Shown here piece by piece: positions 1-13,190 of a DNA stretch of 64,000 bases. The position numbers were made by a program, and so were the translations under genes. This DNA is from Heterodontus francisci (taxonomy: Eukaryota), in NCBI RefSeq assembly GCF_036365525.1, contig NC_090418.1, positions 7,418,304 to 7,482,303 of the forward strand, read 5' to 3'. Below the pieces are notes generated by a model that was not told the DNA's origin, did not search any database, and saw only the letters and a program-made list of their open reading frames with translations. Positions within the stretch are counted from its first letter, which is position 1; the number at the start of each line of letters is the position of its first letter.

Positions 1-335
1 CTGCTGGGGTATAAATCCGAAAACTGACCCAGGCCCAACCCGGCCACAGCCAACCCGAACCCGACCCGGGCATGAGTCCTTTAATTTTTTTTTGTTATTG
101 TGCCCTACCTTATCCAAATGGTAATACTTGTGATCCTCTTCATCCCGTTCCGGTAGCAGGCTATTCCTGCAGATGGAGTTGTGGGGAATCATGGGTGAAC
201 CTGATCCCGTGAGTTCCCAGAGGCAGTACCATCCAGCCCGACCCGATCCGAGCCCGAATGCTGGTCTCGGAATATAGACCCGACCTTACCCGAGCCCGAC
301 ACATGTAGTCGAGTTCGGGTTGGGTAGCTAGGCTT
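1..335. mobile_element. MITE-like/DNA transposon remnant with ACCCGA(A/C/G)CCCG iterations
   Basis: Iterated cccgacccga/cccgaacccga motifs at 25-70 and 235-300, with their complement (gagttcgggttgggtagc) at about 311-328. Confidence 0.45.
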
Positions 336-799
336 TACTCTATCCACCCGTTTAATCTCCTTCTACAGCCCCTGCGTGCTGCACTCTATCCCGGACTCCA
401 CCCACCTAATCTAATCTCCTTCCACAGCCCCTGAACACTCTACCCTATCATTGAATCTTTTGCACCCATTTAGCCCGCTGAGACAAAGGGGCCTCAAATG
501 GATATCCCCCGAAATCAGGCGTGGGGATAGCCCTGCTCCGGCTGCAGCAGGGGCTAAAACGTCTGGTGCCAATGCTTGAAGGCCTGCAGGAAGGGGCAGG
601 AACGGCACGAGAGGGCAGAGAGTCAGTGCCCGCCTTTTTGGATGCACGTTGGAGTCATGGTGTCGGAGGCTGACTGGAGTAGAGAGCTTCTCTTCCATCA
701 GGGAGCTAGGAGGGCTTCCAAAAAGATACAGCAAAGACAGTGCGAACAACAGCTTGGCGGTAAAGTCACTGGGCCAGTCATCCAAAAGCCCACCTCTCT

Positions 800-1995
800 G
801 TGCCCCTCACTCACTCTAACCTGCCCCCCTCTGAACTTACCGCACTCCAGTCTCTCAAGTCTAACCCCAACATTGTGATCAAGCCTGCAGACAAGGGTGG
901 TGCTGTCGTTGTCTGCAGTGCCAACTCTCAGACACTTCTTCCTACCACCCCCTGGACCATGACCCCACCACCGAACGTCAAGCTACTGTCCACAGGACTG
1001 TCACTGACCTCATCTCCTCCGGACATCTTCCCTTTACAGCTTCCAACCTCATAGTCCCACAACCCCGGACAGCCCGCTTCTACCTCCTTCCCAAAATCCA
1101 CAAACAGGACTGTCCCGGCAGAGCCATTGTGTCAGCCTGCTCCTGCCCCACTGAACCTATTTCTTCCTATCTTGACTCTATCTTTTCTCCGCTGGTCCAG
1201 TCTCTTCCCACCTACATCTGTGACTCTTCTGACGCCCTGCGTAATTTTAACAATTCTCAGTCTCCTGGCCCCAACCGCCTCCTCTTCACTATGGACGTCC
1301 AATCTCTCTGCACCTCCATCTCCCACCAGGACTGTTTGAGGGCTCTCCACTCCTTCCTTGAACAGAGGCCCAACCAGTCCCCATTCACCACCACCCTCCT
1401 CCGCCTGGCTGAACTTGTTCTCACATTGAACAACTTCTCCTTCAACTCCACTCACTTCCTGCAAGTAAAAGGTGTTGCTATGGGTACCCGCATGGGTCCT
1501 AGTTATGATGGTCTTTTTGTGGGATATGTCGAGCATTCTTTGTTCCAGTCCTGCTTAGGGCCCCTCCCCCACCTCTTTTTCCAGTACATTGATGACTGTA
1601 TCGGTGCTGTTTCCTGCTCCTGCCCCGAACTGGAAAACTTTATCAACTTTGCTTCTAATTTCCACTCTTCTCTCACCTTTACATGGTCCATCTCCGACAC
1701 TTCCCTTCCCTTCCTCGACTTCTCTGTCTCCATCTCTGGGGATAGGCTGTCTACTAATATTCATTATAAGCCCACCGACTCTCACAGCTACCTCGACTAC
1801 ACTTCTTCACACCCTACCTCCTGTAAGGACTTCATTCCATTCTCCCAGTTTCTCTGTCTCTGACACGTCTGCTCTGATGATGCTACCTTCCATGACAGCG
1901 CTTCTATATGTCTTCCATTTTCCTCAACCGAGGATTCCCCCTCACTGTGGTTGACAGGGCCCTCAACCGTGTCCGGCCCATTTCCCGCACCTCTA
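800..1995 (+). mobile_element. Penelope-like retroelement reverse transcriptase, decayed
   Basis: ORFs 800-1054 and 1129-1863 carry PLE-RT motifs VIKPADKGGAVVV, MDVQSL, GVAMGTRMGPSY, YIDD, LPFLD, YKPTDSHSYL; broken by frameshifts and stops. Confidence 0.85.
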
Positions 1996-3539
1996 CCCTC
2001 ACCCCTCCCCCTCGTCCCAGAAGCACAACAGGGGTCTCCCTCTCCTATTGGCCCTTCAGCTTTGAGAGCTGGATGGCCACCCTTATTTGGATGGCGAGCC
2101 TGCCCACTGGCCACTAATTGGCCAATTCAAGGACTATCCCAGCCGAGTTACTGTTCCCCACACAGTTTTAGGATCTGACCCCTATTTGAGCCTGACGGCG
2201 GGGTCCTGAACCCCATGGGGGAAATCCTGCCCAGGATCCCTACGAAAGGAGCGAATTGAAGAACATCTAGAGCTAAAATCACAGCATCACAGAGTTGTTA
2301 CAACACAGAAGGAGGCCATTCAGCCCATCATGTCTGTGCTGGCTCTCCGAAGGAGCAATTTACCTGGAGCCACTCCCCCGCCTTCTATCCGTAACCCTGC
2401 ACATTCTTCCTTTTCAGATAACACTTCAATTCCCCCTTGGATGCCTCGATTGAACCTCAAGGTCAAGAGAACACCGAGATGTTGGCCTATGAGAAGGAGC
2501 TGGCGGAATTTGCGCCGGTCGCCACGCCAATAGAGGCTCTCAGCTGAGTGCCAGGAAGCGGAGGAGGAAAGACAGTGGCGGGGGGAGGGAAGTGGGTCAA
2601 TCTCAGCCAGCAGAAGCGCCAGGGAGCCAGTCGGATGTGGCCCCCAAGTCAATTTTTAAAAAGAAATAAGTACAATTCGTTCCCCATTTAATGACGGCCA
2701 CTGACTAGGCTGCATCCAGATCTGGAAAACCTCAGCAAAGGCCTGAGGCCTCCCAGTTTTCCCGAGGGGTCCTCAATCAGGCGTTAGGGCCCTCATTAGC
2801 CTATGAAAGGAGCCAAAATGGACGTCTTGGGCAGGCACTCCGGACGCCTGAATAACGGCCTGACTTAATCTCAGGTCAGGCCTCCTTGGGATGCAGGATG
2901 TTGGCGCCCTAGAATTAGGGCTTGTTAGGCCGAAAGGGGCAGAGTGAGGTCCAGCTTGTACCCAGCCCCTAGATCACTATAGTGACGGGAGCAGGAACTG
3001 CTTGACTCAAAGCCAGTCTGAATTTGAATCAGTCGGGAAAGCAGAAAGAGAAGCAATGGAGCCAAACAATCCTGGGATTATATACACTTCCAGACTTCCT
3101 TTGCACTTTAGTATGCCAGTACAGGCAGACACATGCACTCGCTCCTGAGCCTTGTTACTTCAATTAGGACAAGCCATTTGTGATGACTTTAACACATGTG
3201 ACAATAACAGGTAGTTTTTTTTTTTCTGAAGCAGTTTAAGCCGCAGTAGATTTGTTTTCGTTTTTTTGCGGAGATCTCTAAGAGATTACATAAGGCACTA
3301 ATGAGGTGAAGAAACCAACTGTCAACCTATGCGGGTTAATGTTGCGAAAAACAAAATCACCTCAGGATTTTAATGCCAAATCTCTTGATTTTTAAGAGTT
3401 TGTCTCTTGGGTTAGGAGACGGTGGGGGTTTGGCAACTGGCATGAGTAGCCGAGTAAGTCAGTCAGGCCCACACTCAGCTGTTATTGAGCCTACTTTATC
3501 TAAAATACTATTGTGCGTTATCAGGTAATTAATTTGACA

Positions 3540-4280
3540 TGAAAGCAGTGTGAAGTAATTCATTTTGGTCGCAAGAATGAGGAGAGGCGATACGAAATAA
3601 AGGATACAAATCCAAAAGGGCGTGCAGGAGCTGAGAGACCTGGGGGTATATGTGCACAAATCATTGAAGGTTGCAGGACAGGTTGAGAAAGCGATTAATA
3701 AAGTATATGGGATCCTGGGCTTATTATATATAGGGACATAGAGTACAAAACCACGCCGGTTCGGCCTCAGCTGGAGTATTGTGTCCAATTCCGGGCACTG
3801 CAGTTCAGGAAGGTTGTGTAGGCTTTAGAGAGGGTGCAGAAGCGATTCATGAGGATGGTTCCAAGGATGAGGGACTGCAGTTACGTGGACAGGCTGGAGA
3901 AACTCGGGCTGTTCTCCTTCGAGAAGAGAAGGTTGAGAGGAGATTTGATAGAGGTGTTCAAAATCATGAGGGGTCTGGACAGAGTAGATAGGGAGAAACA
4001 GTTCCCATTGGTGAAGGGTCGAAAGGTAGAGGACACTGATATAAGGTGATTGACAAAAGGACAAGAGGCGACATGAGGGAAAACCTTTTTACACAGTGAG
4101 GATCTGGATCTGAGTGTTTGGTGGGAATTGGATAATTACCTGAAGAGAAAAATAATTTGCAGGGCTACGAGGAAAAGGCTGGGGTGTGGGAATAGCTGAG
4201 TAGTTCATGCAGAGAGCCGGTACGGACACAATGGGCTGAATGGCCTCCTTCTGTGCTGTGGCCATTCTATAATTCTATGA
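3540..4280 (+). mobile_element. CR1-type LINE 3' fragment
   Basis: VQKRFMRMVP...[30 protein letters not shown] tail and a 3' end ...gggctgaatggcctccttctgtgctg. Confidence 0.85.
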
Positions 4281-4361
4281 AAGGAATTACCCATGGCGAT
4301 AAATGCAAAGGAGGCCTACGGGGCCACATGACCTACTCCTGTTCCTATTCCGGAGGCCCAG

Positions 4362-5352
4362 TGCTACGAAAGTGCTTCCAAGTTTTTTCATACTTTTATT
4401 TTTTGAGGACTTGCGTTAAAACTGAAAAGATTCCATGGATGTGTTTTTTTTTACCAAGTTCACCGAAAGGACATTTGAGAAGTTCCTCGAAAACCACCTG
4501 TGCTAGAAACCACCAGTGATTTGGGCTCAGTAAACAACAGAATCCTTGGTGGCCTGGGGAAGATGTTTACAGAGAAGGCACATGTCAAGGTTGATGGAGG
4601 TCAGGAGGTTGACTCTCTATTTGTGGTTTGGACATTGTTTTTAGTTTAGTTGGGGTGTGCACTCTTTGACAGTTGGTGTTTTCCTGTCGAGGGTAAAGAA
4701 ATCACACCTTTTTCTGTACCTCTTTGAAGAAACCCTGCAAAGATCCAGTGTGGGAGAGCTAAAATCCCTGGAGCTGCATCTTTCCTGAGAAGCTGGAAAA
4801 ACCCTATGATTCAAGTGTATGATGGTCGAAAAACCCTGATGCCACATTTCTCCTGGAAAGCCAGTAGAATAATTCTCGATATCTCCAGAATGGACTGCTT
4901 CTGAAACGATCCAAGTGGCCCGTCTCCGTATGCCAGGACGCCAGACCAAAAAAGGGACAACTGACTTCCTTCCTTACGTTTTGTTCATCAAGAATTAACA
5001 AATATTTGGCCAAAGTAATTTTTTTTTTGTCTTTTTTTCTAACAGACCTCTGCAGAAGGAATTATTGTATTTTTCCCCGTATGTATGTGTGAGTGTAATT
5101 GGGGAATTTAAAAAGGGAACTTTCATATTTCAATCTGTGTGTTAATGCTTTTTTTCGTTACTGGTTTGGAATAAACTAATAATTTTGTTGTTTATTAAAG
5201 AAATCCGGTTGGTATATTTTATTCTGGGATTTTAAAAATAGAGTGTATGATTGGCTGTATGGGTAACCGGGTAAACATTTAAATTTATGTTGTGACGTGT
5301 GGAGAAGTGGAACTAGAAAAGACAGTGCACTCCTCCCTCCTCGGTCGTAACA
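4362..5352 (+). mobile_element. Solo LTR (Gypsy-like) inserted into a SINE
   Basis: TGCTACGA...TCGTAACA termini (7/8 inverted match), CCAG duplicated at 4358-4361 and 5353-5356, internal AATAAA at about 5169; the flanks join into one SINE. Confidence 0.75.
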
Positions 5353-5712
5353 CCAGGTTAATACCCTGTGGACATGGGTTCAAATCCCACCATGGCAGCT
5401 GGTGGAATTTAAATTCAATTAATTAATAATAAAAAAAATGTGCAATTGAAAGCTAGTCTCAGTAATGGTGACCATGAAACTATCAATTGTCGTAACAACC
5501 CACCTGGTTCACTAATGTCCTTTAAGGAAGGAAATCTGCCATCCTTACCTGGTCTGGCCTACATGTGACTCCAGACCCACAGCGATGTGGTTGACTCTTA
5601 ACTGTCCTCTGAAATGGGCCTAGCAAGCCACTCAGTTGTCAAGACCAGTTAGGGATGGGCAACAAATGCTGGCCTTGTCAGTGACACCCCCATCCCATGA
5701 AAGAATTAAAAA
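5353..5712 (+). mobile_element. tRNA-derived SINE (3' part; 5' stub at about 4345-4361)
   Basis: B-box-like gggttcaaatccc; body recurs at about 37900-38220. Confidence 0.7.
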
Positions 5713-5966
5713 GTAAACTTCCTACACAAGTCTTTCTCCTTACCCATAAAATGGGTCAAAAATCTAAAACTGTCGCGGGCTGGGGAACCCAATGCTGTCA
5801 GAGCTACAGCTATCAAACGTGTGCAGGAATCGCCCCTTCTCACAATAGCTCCTAACCCATCCACTATAGGCTTCTGAAGTAGAACAGGCTTAAACTGCAG
5901 CGGTCACACAAGGGTTAAAGCCGCGACGAGCACCCCCAGAAATGATCGTATAAAAACTCCTCTTAC

Positions 5967-5996
5967 CATAACCAGTTTTCCTGTTAGGTTCCCCAT
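5967..5996 (-). CDS. Candidate first coding exon MGNLTGKLVM of a minus-strand micro-exon gene
   Basis: gagaaATGG Kozak context, 30-nt exon, strong donor ATG|GTAAGA, in non-repetitive DNA; TGACTCA and TTCCG motifs upstream at 6252-6264. Confidence 0.3.
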
Positions 5997-6409
5997 TTCT
6001 CCATGGAAAGTGAATCAATTTGCAAACGGCAGGAGTTATTAACACGAGATTTTAATTAGCCATGACAGACACCCAGGAGAGATGTCTTTACTCAGTGGGT
6101 TCGCTGCAGAGTGGTAGATAGTTTCAGAAGCAGGATCAAACTAGTTTAATGAAAAGTGATTTCTTTCCACATGCCAGCACTTACCAGGAGACTTAAAGTC
6201 GGAGAATGAGAGAGGACAACGTGGAAGCTGTAACTTGAAGCGAGGGTTTGATGACTCATTTCCGCTTACGTTGTCACATCTCTCACTTTGTACTTGACAG
6301 TCCCTCCATTGGTCGCCTGACATGTCCATCACTACATGTCCCTATCTTCCCACAGCCAATGTCTGCACCTGATGTGATTGTCAAGAATCGTCAGTCAAAC
6401 AATATTCTC

Positions 6410-7400
6410 AATAGTATATTAATGATTTAGCTGAGAGAACTAAGTGTAATATCTCCAAATTTTCAGGTGACACAAAACTGGGTGGGAGGGTGAGTTGTGA
6501 GGAGGTTGCAGAGAGGCTTCAAGTTGATTTGGACAAGTTGAGTGAGTGGGCTAGTGCATGGCAGATGCAGTATAATGTGGATAAATGTGAGGTTATCCAC
6601 TTTGGTAGGAAAAACAGGAAGGCAGATTATTATCTGAATAGCTATAAGCTGAGACAGGGGAATATGCAGCGAGACCTGGGTGTTCTCGTACACCAGTCGC
6701 TGAAGGTAAGCATGGAGGTGCAACAGGCGGTAAAAAAGGCAAATGGTATTTTGGCCTTCATCGTGAGAGGATTCGAGTACAGGAGCAGGGATGTCTTGCT
6801 GCAATTATACAGGGCCTTGGTGAGGCCACACCTGGAATATTGTGTGTAGTTTTATAGTTTTGCTCTCCTTATCTGAGGAAGGATGTTCTTGCTATAGAGG
6901 GAGTGCAGCGAAGGTTTACCAGACTGATTCCTGGGATGGCGGGACTGACATATGAGGAGAGATTGAGTCGGTTAGGATTATATTCGCTGGAGTTCAGAAG
7001 AGTGAGGGGGGATCTCATAGAAACCTATAAAATTCTAACAGGACTTGACAGGGTAGATGCAGGAAGGATGTTCCCAATGGTGGGAGAGTCCAGAACCAGG
7101 GGTCATAGTCTAAGGATACGGGGTAAACCTTTCAGGACTGAGATGAGGAGAAATTACTTCACCCAGAGAGTGGTGAGCCTGTGGAATTTGTTACCACAGA
7201 AAGCAGTTGAGGCCAAAACATTGTATGTTCTCAAGAAGGAGTTAGATATAGCTCTTGGAGTGAAAGGGATCAAAGGATATGGGGGAAAGCAGGAACAGGT
7301 TACTGAGTTGGATGATCAGCCATGATCATAATGAATGGCCGAGCAGGCTCGAAGGGCCGAATGGCCTACTCCTGCTCCTATTTTCTATGCTTCTATGGTT
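6410..7400 (+). mobile_element. CR1-type LINE 3' fragment
   Basis: ORFs 6490-6849 and 6903-7325: WQMQYNVDKCEVIHFG, LYRALVRPHLEYCV, LEFRRVRGDLIETYKI. Confidence 0.9.
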
Positions 7401-7569
7401 CTAAACTCCAATACTTCATTTTTACTCCAAAGTAACAAAAGTGCTGAAGAAAACAAACACATACACACACACAGTGAGCCACCTTCACTCAGGATATACA
7501 CCACCCCCCCCCCTCCAGAATATTAACAGTGGCAGAAACCTGGAAATTAAAATCCCCACAAGATGCACC

Positions 7570-8048
7570 TTGTGTATGGCTCTGTGGGTAGCACTCTGCT
7601 GTCTGAATCCAAAGGTGTCAGTTCAGGTCCCACTCTGAGACATGAGCACAAAAGTTTTGGCTGATAGCCCCCGTACAGCACTGAGCACTGAAGGAGTACT
7701 GCACTGTCAGAGGCGCCGTCTCTCAGACGAGACATTAAACAAGACCCCGTCTGTCCTCTCAGGTGGATGTAAAGGACCCCATGGCTGTTATATCACACAA
7801 GAGCGGGGGGTGGGGAGGGGGTTCTTCCCCAGGTCAATTATTTATCCCTTGACCAAAATCACAAAAAACAGATCAGCGGCTCGGCAGTTATCGCATCGTT
7901 GTTTGTGGGATCTTGCTGTGCGCAAATTGGGCTGCTGCGTTTCCGACATTACAACCGTGACTACGCTTTAAAATGATGTCTTTGGCTGGAAAGCGCCTTG
8001 GGGTGTCCGGTGGTCGTGAAAGGCGCTATATAAATGCAAGTCTTTCAA
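7570..8048 (+). mobile_element. DeuSINE (SacSINE1/AmnSINE-like)
   Basis: Deu-domain-like core (gagacattaaac...ggtggatgtaaagga; gtttgtgggatcttgctgtgcgcaaattgg) and tail gcgctatataaatgcaagtc; partial copies at about 21640-21810 and 37180-37415. Confidence 0.75.
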
Positions 8049-8199
8049 TTTTTCCTTTCTTTGTCAGGGTCTGGCTTCCAGTCCGGGTGGGGATACCCTG
8101 GGGCGACTTGCAGTGGCAGCTCGGTCCACTTCCTGACCGGCGGGGTGTCGGGGTCTGATCCCCGATCCCGTGGGGAATCTGATCACTGGTGTGGGGGAG

Positions 8200-8678
8200 G
8201 TTCAGAGAGAAAGAAACAGAGAGACTGGCAGAAGGAGAGAAACAGGACGAGACGGAGAGAGAAAGAGAAAGACAGAGAGGGAGAGGGAGAGTGAGACACA
8301 GAGTGAAGAAGAGAGAGGGTCAAATTTTATTTTAACAGATCCACACACAGCGGGGAAGGCTACAGTTAATTGCCTCACTTAATATTTTAATTACTTAGCC
8401 GACATCTCCACAAGAGTTTCCTGCTCACCTGCCAACTCCCGGTTAAAACCAGAAGTGGGCAGGATCATGTCAGGTTCCTGACCCAATGCCACTTTTCAGG
8501 GCTTCAATCCCCATCTCCGCACCCCTCCACTCCTCCCCCACCCCCGCACCCCTCCACTCCTCCCCACCCCCGCACCCCTCCACTCCTCTCCCAACCCCCC
8601 ACCTGCAACCAAACTTACCCTCATGTTGACAGTTAAAATTCTACCCAGAGAAAGACAGAGTGAGAGATAAAGATAGCA

Positions 8679-8720
<42 letters not shown>

Positions 8721-9500
8721 AGAAAGACAGAGAGAAGGGGAAAGTGAAAGATAGAGAGAGAGGGAGGGAAAAAGGCAGAGTGAGAGAGAGAGGGAGAAAG
8801 AGAGGGAGAGAGAAAGTGGGAGGGAGAAAGACAAAGAGAAAGAGAGAGGGGGAGGGAGAAAGACAGANNNNNNNNNNNNNNNNNNNNNNNNNNNNNNNNN
8901 NNNNNNNNNNNNNNNNNNNNNNNNNNNNNNNNNNNNNNNNNNNNNNNNNNNNNNNNNNNNNNNNNNNNNNNNNNNNNNNNNNNNNNNNNNNNNNNNNNNN
9001 NNNNNNNNNNNNNNNNNNNNNNNNNNNNNNNNNNNNNNNNNNNNNNNNNNNNNNNNNNNNNNNNNNNNNNNNGTGAGAGACTGAAACAAAGAGAGAGACA
9101 CAGAGAGACATACAGTGAAAGAGGCAGAGAGTGAGGGAGAACAGTAAGAGAGAGACAGAGAGAGAAAGATATAGGAAAAGAGAGAGACACACAGGGGAGA
9201 GAAACAGTGAGAGACAGAAAGAGAGAGAGACAGAGAGGGGGGGGAGAGAGAGAGACAGAGTGAGAAATAAAGGTAGACAGAGACACACACACACATACAC
9301 ACAGGGTAGAGTGAGAGCCAGAGAGAGGAATTGAGAGACAGACAGACAGAGACAGAGGGAAGAGAAGGTGACAGAGTAAGAGAGAGACAAAGGGAGATAG
9401 CGAAAGAGAGAGACCAGGGAAGAGAGAAAGAGGGAGAGACAGTGAGAGAGATGGGGAGAGAGAGTGGGAGAGAGACGGGGAGTGAAGGGGAGAGAGACTA
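8200..9500. repeat. GA-rich low-complexity region around an assembly gap
   Basis: (GA)n-rich sequence flanking an N run; short cccctccactcct repeats at 8520-8590. Confidence 0.85.
8868..9072. other. Assembly gap (205 N)
   Basis: Run of n characters. Confidence 1.
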
Positions 9501-10169
9501 ACCCTAACAGCAGCATTCCAGTAGCAGGGATTTGTGAGGAAGCTGGTTGACTCACTCACAGCATTGCTGGGGAGGAGGAGGGGAGGGTGAGAAGCTGAGC
9601 TCAGGGCTGTGCCTGGCTACACGCATGCTCCACCTTCCCCTCAACTGGCCTCAGTATCCCTGAGGTTAGGTAAGCAGACGGCCCCTGATGCTAACCTGTG
9701 ACATGCTGCTGTCAATATCGGGATGAGGGCGGGACCAGGCCCGGCCATGATGCCCCCCACAGTCGAATTGCCTGCAGAGAGAGGCTCATGCGGGCTGGCC
9801 CATGAGGAAAATGGTTGCAGCCTGTGAGGTTAAATTCAGGACAGCGTGAAGGTCAGTAATGTGAGTCGCAGGCTAGATTAACTGAAGTGTGTGTAACTCG
9901 ATCACAGCATTATCTCAGTGGATGACTCCCCGGAGATTGTGCAGTGCGGGCACAAGAGGCTGTCTGTTTCATTTCCTCTGCCTCTCACTGCAAGGACCAC
10001 GATACACAATCCTCCCACACACACACACACCACGGCCTTGAGCATCTGAACATGGCACAAACTGATGTGCAGAGGTTATGCTACAATGTCATCACTATCT
10101 GTTACAGCTTTCACAACTCAATGGGCCTTCTGTAATGAACACAGCCTCAGTCCTTGTAACACACCATCC

Positions 10170-10775
10170 ACCCTCCCTATCTCTCTCTCCATCCCCCCCT
10201 CTCTCCCCTTTTCTCTCTCTCCCCACCCCCCCCAACCCCCCATCTCCCTCTCTCTCCCTTTCCTTCTCTCTCCCTCATCCCCCTCTTTGTATTCCTTTCT
10301 CTCCTTCTCTCTCTCCATCTCTGCCCTTCTCTCCCTCCTTCTGCATTCCTTTCGCACTCTCCCCATTTGTATTTCTCTGTCTCTCCCCCACCCCCCCATC
10401 TCCCCCTCTTCATCCCTAATTCTGTTTTTCTCACTCTTCCCTATTTTACCCTCTATCACTAGTTCTCTTTCTTTTCCCCTGTGTATCCTTTCCTATCTCT
10501 GTTTCACTATCCCCCTCTCTCCAAATTTCTCTCTTTTCCTTGATCACTTTATCACTCCTTCCCTCCGTCTCCATCTCCCTTCCTCTCTCTGTGTCTCACT
10601 CCATCTAAATCTCTCTCCCTCTCTGTCTCTCCCTCTATATATATGTTTCTGTCTATCTATCCACCTAACTCTCTCCCTCTCTGTCTCTCTATCCATCTAA
10701 CCAGCTAACTCTCTCTCCCCCTGCACTATCCATCTAACTCTTTCTCTCTTCCTCTCTGTGCATATCTCTCACTCT
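10170..10775. repeat. CT-rich low-complexity region
   Basis: Pyrimidine-rich (CT)n-like sequence. Confidence 0.85.
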
Positions 10776-10794
10776 CGGTGATTCACGTGATTGA

Positions 10795-11565
10795 ATCCTG
10801 AGATGAGGGGGCTGTTTTATAAGGAGAGATTGAGGAAACTGGGTCTGTATTCTCTGGAGTTAAGGAGGATGAGAGGTGATCTGATTAAAACATAAAATTC
10901 TTAAGGACAAGATAGATGCTGTGAGGCTGTTTCCCCCTGGTGGGAGAGTCTAAAACGAGGGAGCACAGTCTCAGAATAAAGGGTTGGCCATGAAGGGGTG
11001 AGATGAGGAGAAATTTCTTCACTCAGGTTATGAATCTTTGGAATCCTCTACCCCAGAGAGATGGTGGATGCTCAGATGTTTTATTTTTATTTAGAGATAC
11101 AGCACTGAAACAGGCCCTTCGGCCCACTGAGTCTGTGCCGACCAACAACCACTCATTTATACTAACCCTGCAGTAATCCCATATTCCCTACCACCTACCT
11201 ACACTAGGGGCAATTTACAATGGCCAATTTACCTATCAACCTGCAAGTCTTTGGCTGTGGGAGGAAACCGGAGCACCCGGCGAAAACCCACGCGGTCATA
11301 GGGAGAACTTGCAAACTCCGCACAGGCAGCACCCAGAATCGAACCCGGGTCCCTGGAGCTGTGAGGCTGCGGCGCTAACCACTGCGCCACTGTGCCGCCC
11401 CCGTTGAGTATATTCAAGACTGAGATCGATAGATTTTTGGTCTCTCAGGGAATTAGGGGATCGGCCAGGTAGATGAGGAGGTGAGAAGATCAGCCATAAT
11501 CATATTGAACGGCAGAACTGGTTCGAGGGGCCGAATGGTCTATTCCTGATCCTGTTTCTTATGTT
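10795..11565 (+). mobile_element. CR1 3' fragment interrupted by a SINE
   Basis: CR1 tail (gagatgaggagaaatttcttcactcag...gttgagtatattcaagactgag) is split at about 11080/11401. Confidence 0.75.
11082..11400 (-). mobile_element. V-SINE (HE1-like)
   Basis: Minus strand begins ggcggcacagtggcgcagtggttagc (A box) then ggttcgattc (B box) and V-domain gtgctccggtttcctcccaca. Confidence 0.9.
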
Positions 11566-11649
11566 CTTTGTGTCTTCTCTGTGTCTCTCAGATTCCTGCT
11601 TTCTCTCTCTTTCCCTCTCTCTCCTTCCCTCTCTATATCTCATTCATAA

Positions 11650-12830
11650 GGACGTCTTCACGATGCACTTGGAGAAATACAATATGGTTATAACAAGTCA
11701 ACATGGTTTTACTCGAGGGAGATCCAGTTTGACAAATTTATTAGAGGCCTTTGAGGATGGAAGTAGTAGGGTGGATAAAGGGGAACCAGTCGATGTAGTA
11801 TACCTGGATTTCCAAAAGGCATTCGATAAGGTACCAGGCAAAAGGTTAATAGGCAAGATAAGGGCTCGTGGAGTTGAGGGTAATATATTAGCATAGATAG
11901 ATAATTGGTTAACATACAGGATGCAACAAGTGGGCATTAACAGGGCATTTTCAAGTTGGCAGGCAGTGAATAGTGGGGTGCCGCAAGACTCAGTGCTGGG
12001 GCCTCAGCTATTACGACCTATATTAATGATTTAGATGACGAGACAGAGAGTAATATATCTAAGTTTGATGATACAAAGCTTGGTGGAAAGGTAAGCTGTG
12101 GGGAGGACTCTGAGAGGCTGCAAAGGGATATAGAGAGATTAAGTGAGTGGGCAACAAGATGGTAGATGGAGTATAATGTGGGGAAGTGTGAAGTTATTCA
12201 CTTTAGTCGTAAGAATAGAAAAGAGGAATATTTTTTTAAAGGTGTGAAACCTGTAAGTGTGGATGTTCAAAGAGACTTGGGTGTGCTTGGACAAGGAATG
12301 CAGAAAGTTAGCATGCAGGTACAGCAAGCAATTAGAAGGCAAATGGCATGTTGATCTTTATTGCAAGGGTATTGGAGTGCAGGAATAAGGATGTGGGGAT
12401 TGTCCTGTGATGAGAGGCTGAGTAAACTGGAGTCTAGAAGAATAAGAGGTGATCTCATTGAAACATACAAGATTCTAAAGGGGCGAGATGGGGTAGACAC
12501 TGAGAGGTTGTTTCCGCTGGTCAGGGAATCTAAAACGCAGGAACACGGTCTCATGATAATGGCCTGATCATTTAGGACTGAGATGAGGAGAAATGACTTC
12601 ACCTAAAGGGTTATGAATCTTCGGAATTCAATCTTTGGAGGGTTGTGGATGCTCTATCGCTGAATACATTTAAGGCTGGAATAGACAGATTTTTGGTCTC
12701 TCAGGGAATCAAGGGATATGGAGAGTGGGCGGGAAAGTGGAGTTGAATCCTAAGATCAGCCATAATCGTACTGAATGGTGGAGCAGTCTCAATGGGCCGA
12801 ATGGTCTACTCCTGCTCCTATTTCTTGAGT
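11650..12830 (+). mobile_element. CR1 RT fragment
   Basis: SQHGFTRGRSSLTNLLEAFE...VDVVYLDFQKAFDKVP, MEYNVGKCEVIHF. Confidence 0.9.
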
Positions 12831-12834
12831 TCAT

Positions 12835-13190
12835 TTTGATTTGATTTTGATTTAGAGATGCAGCACTGAAACAGGCCCTTCGGCCCACCGAGTCTGTGCC
12901 GACCATCAACCACCCATTTATACTAATCCTACACTAATCCCATATTGCTACCACATCCTCACCTGTCCCTATATTCCCCTACCACCTACCTATACTAGGG
13001 GCAATTTATAATGGCCAATTTTCCTATCAACCTGCAAGTCTTTTGGCTGTGGGAGGAAACCGGAGCACCCGGAGGAAACCCACGCAGACACAGGGAGAAC
13101 TTGCAAACTCCACACAGGCAGTACCCAGAATCGAACCCGGGTCGCTGGAGTTGTGAGGCTGCGGTGCTAACCACTGCGCCACTGTGCCGC
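12835..13190 (-). mobile_element. V-SINE (HE1-like)
   Basis: Near-identical to 11082-11400. Confidence 0.9.

Noticed and set aside
8496-10700. Ser/Leu- or Arg/Glu-rich ORFs
   Set aside because: (CT)/(GA) low complexity; some span the N gap
11330-11400. tRNA gene
   Set aside because: A/B boxes belong to a SINE head followed by the V-domain and a LINE-like tail
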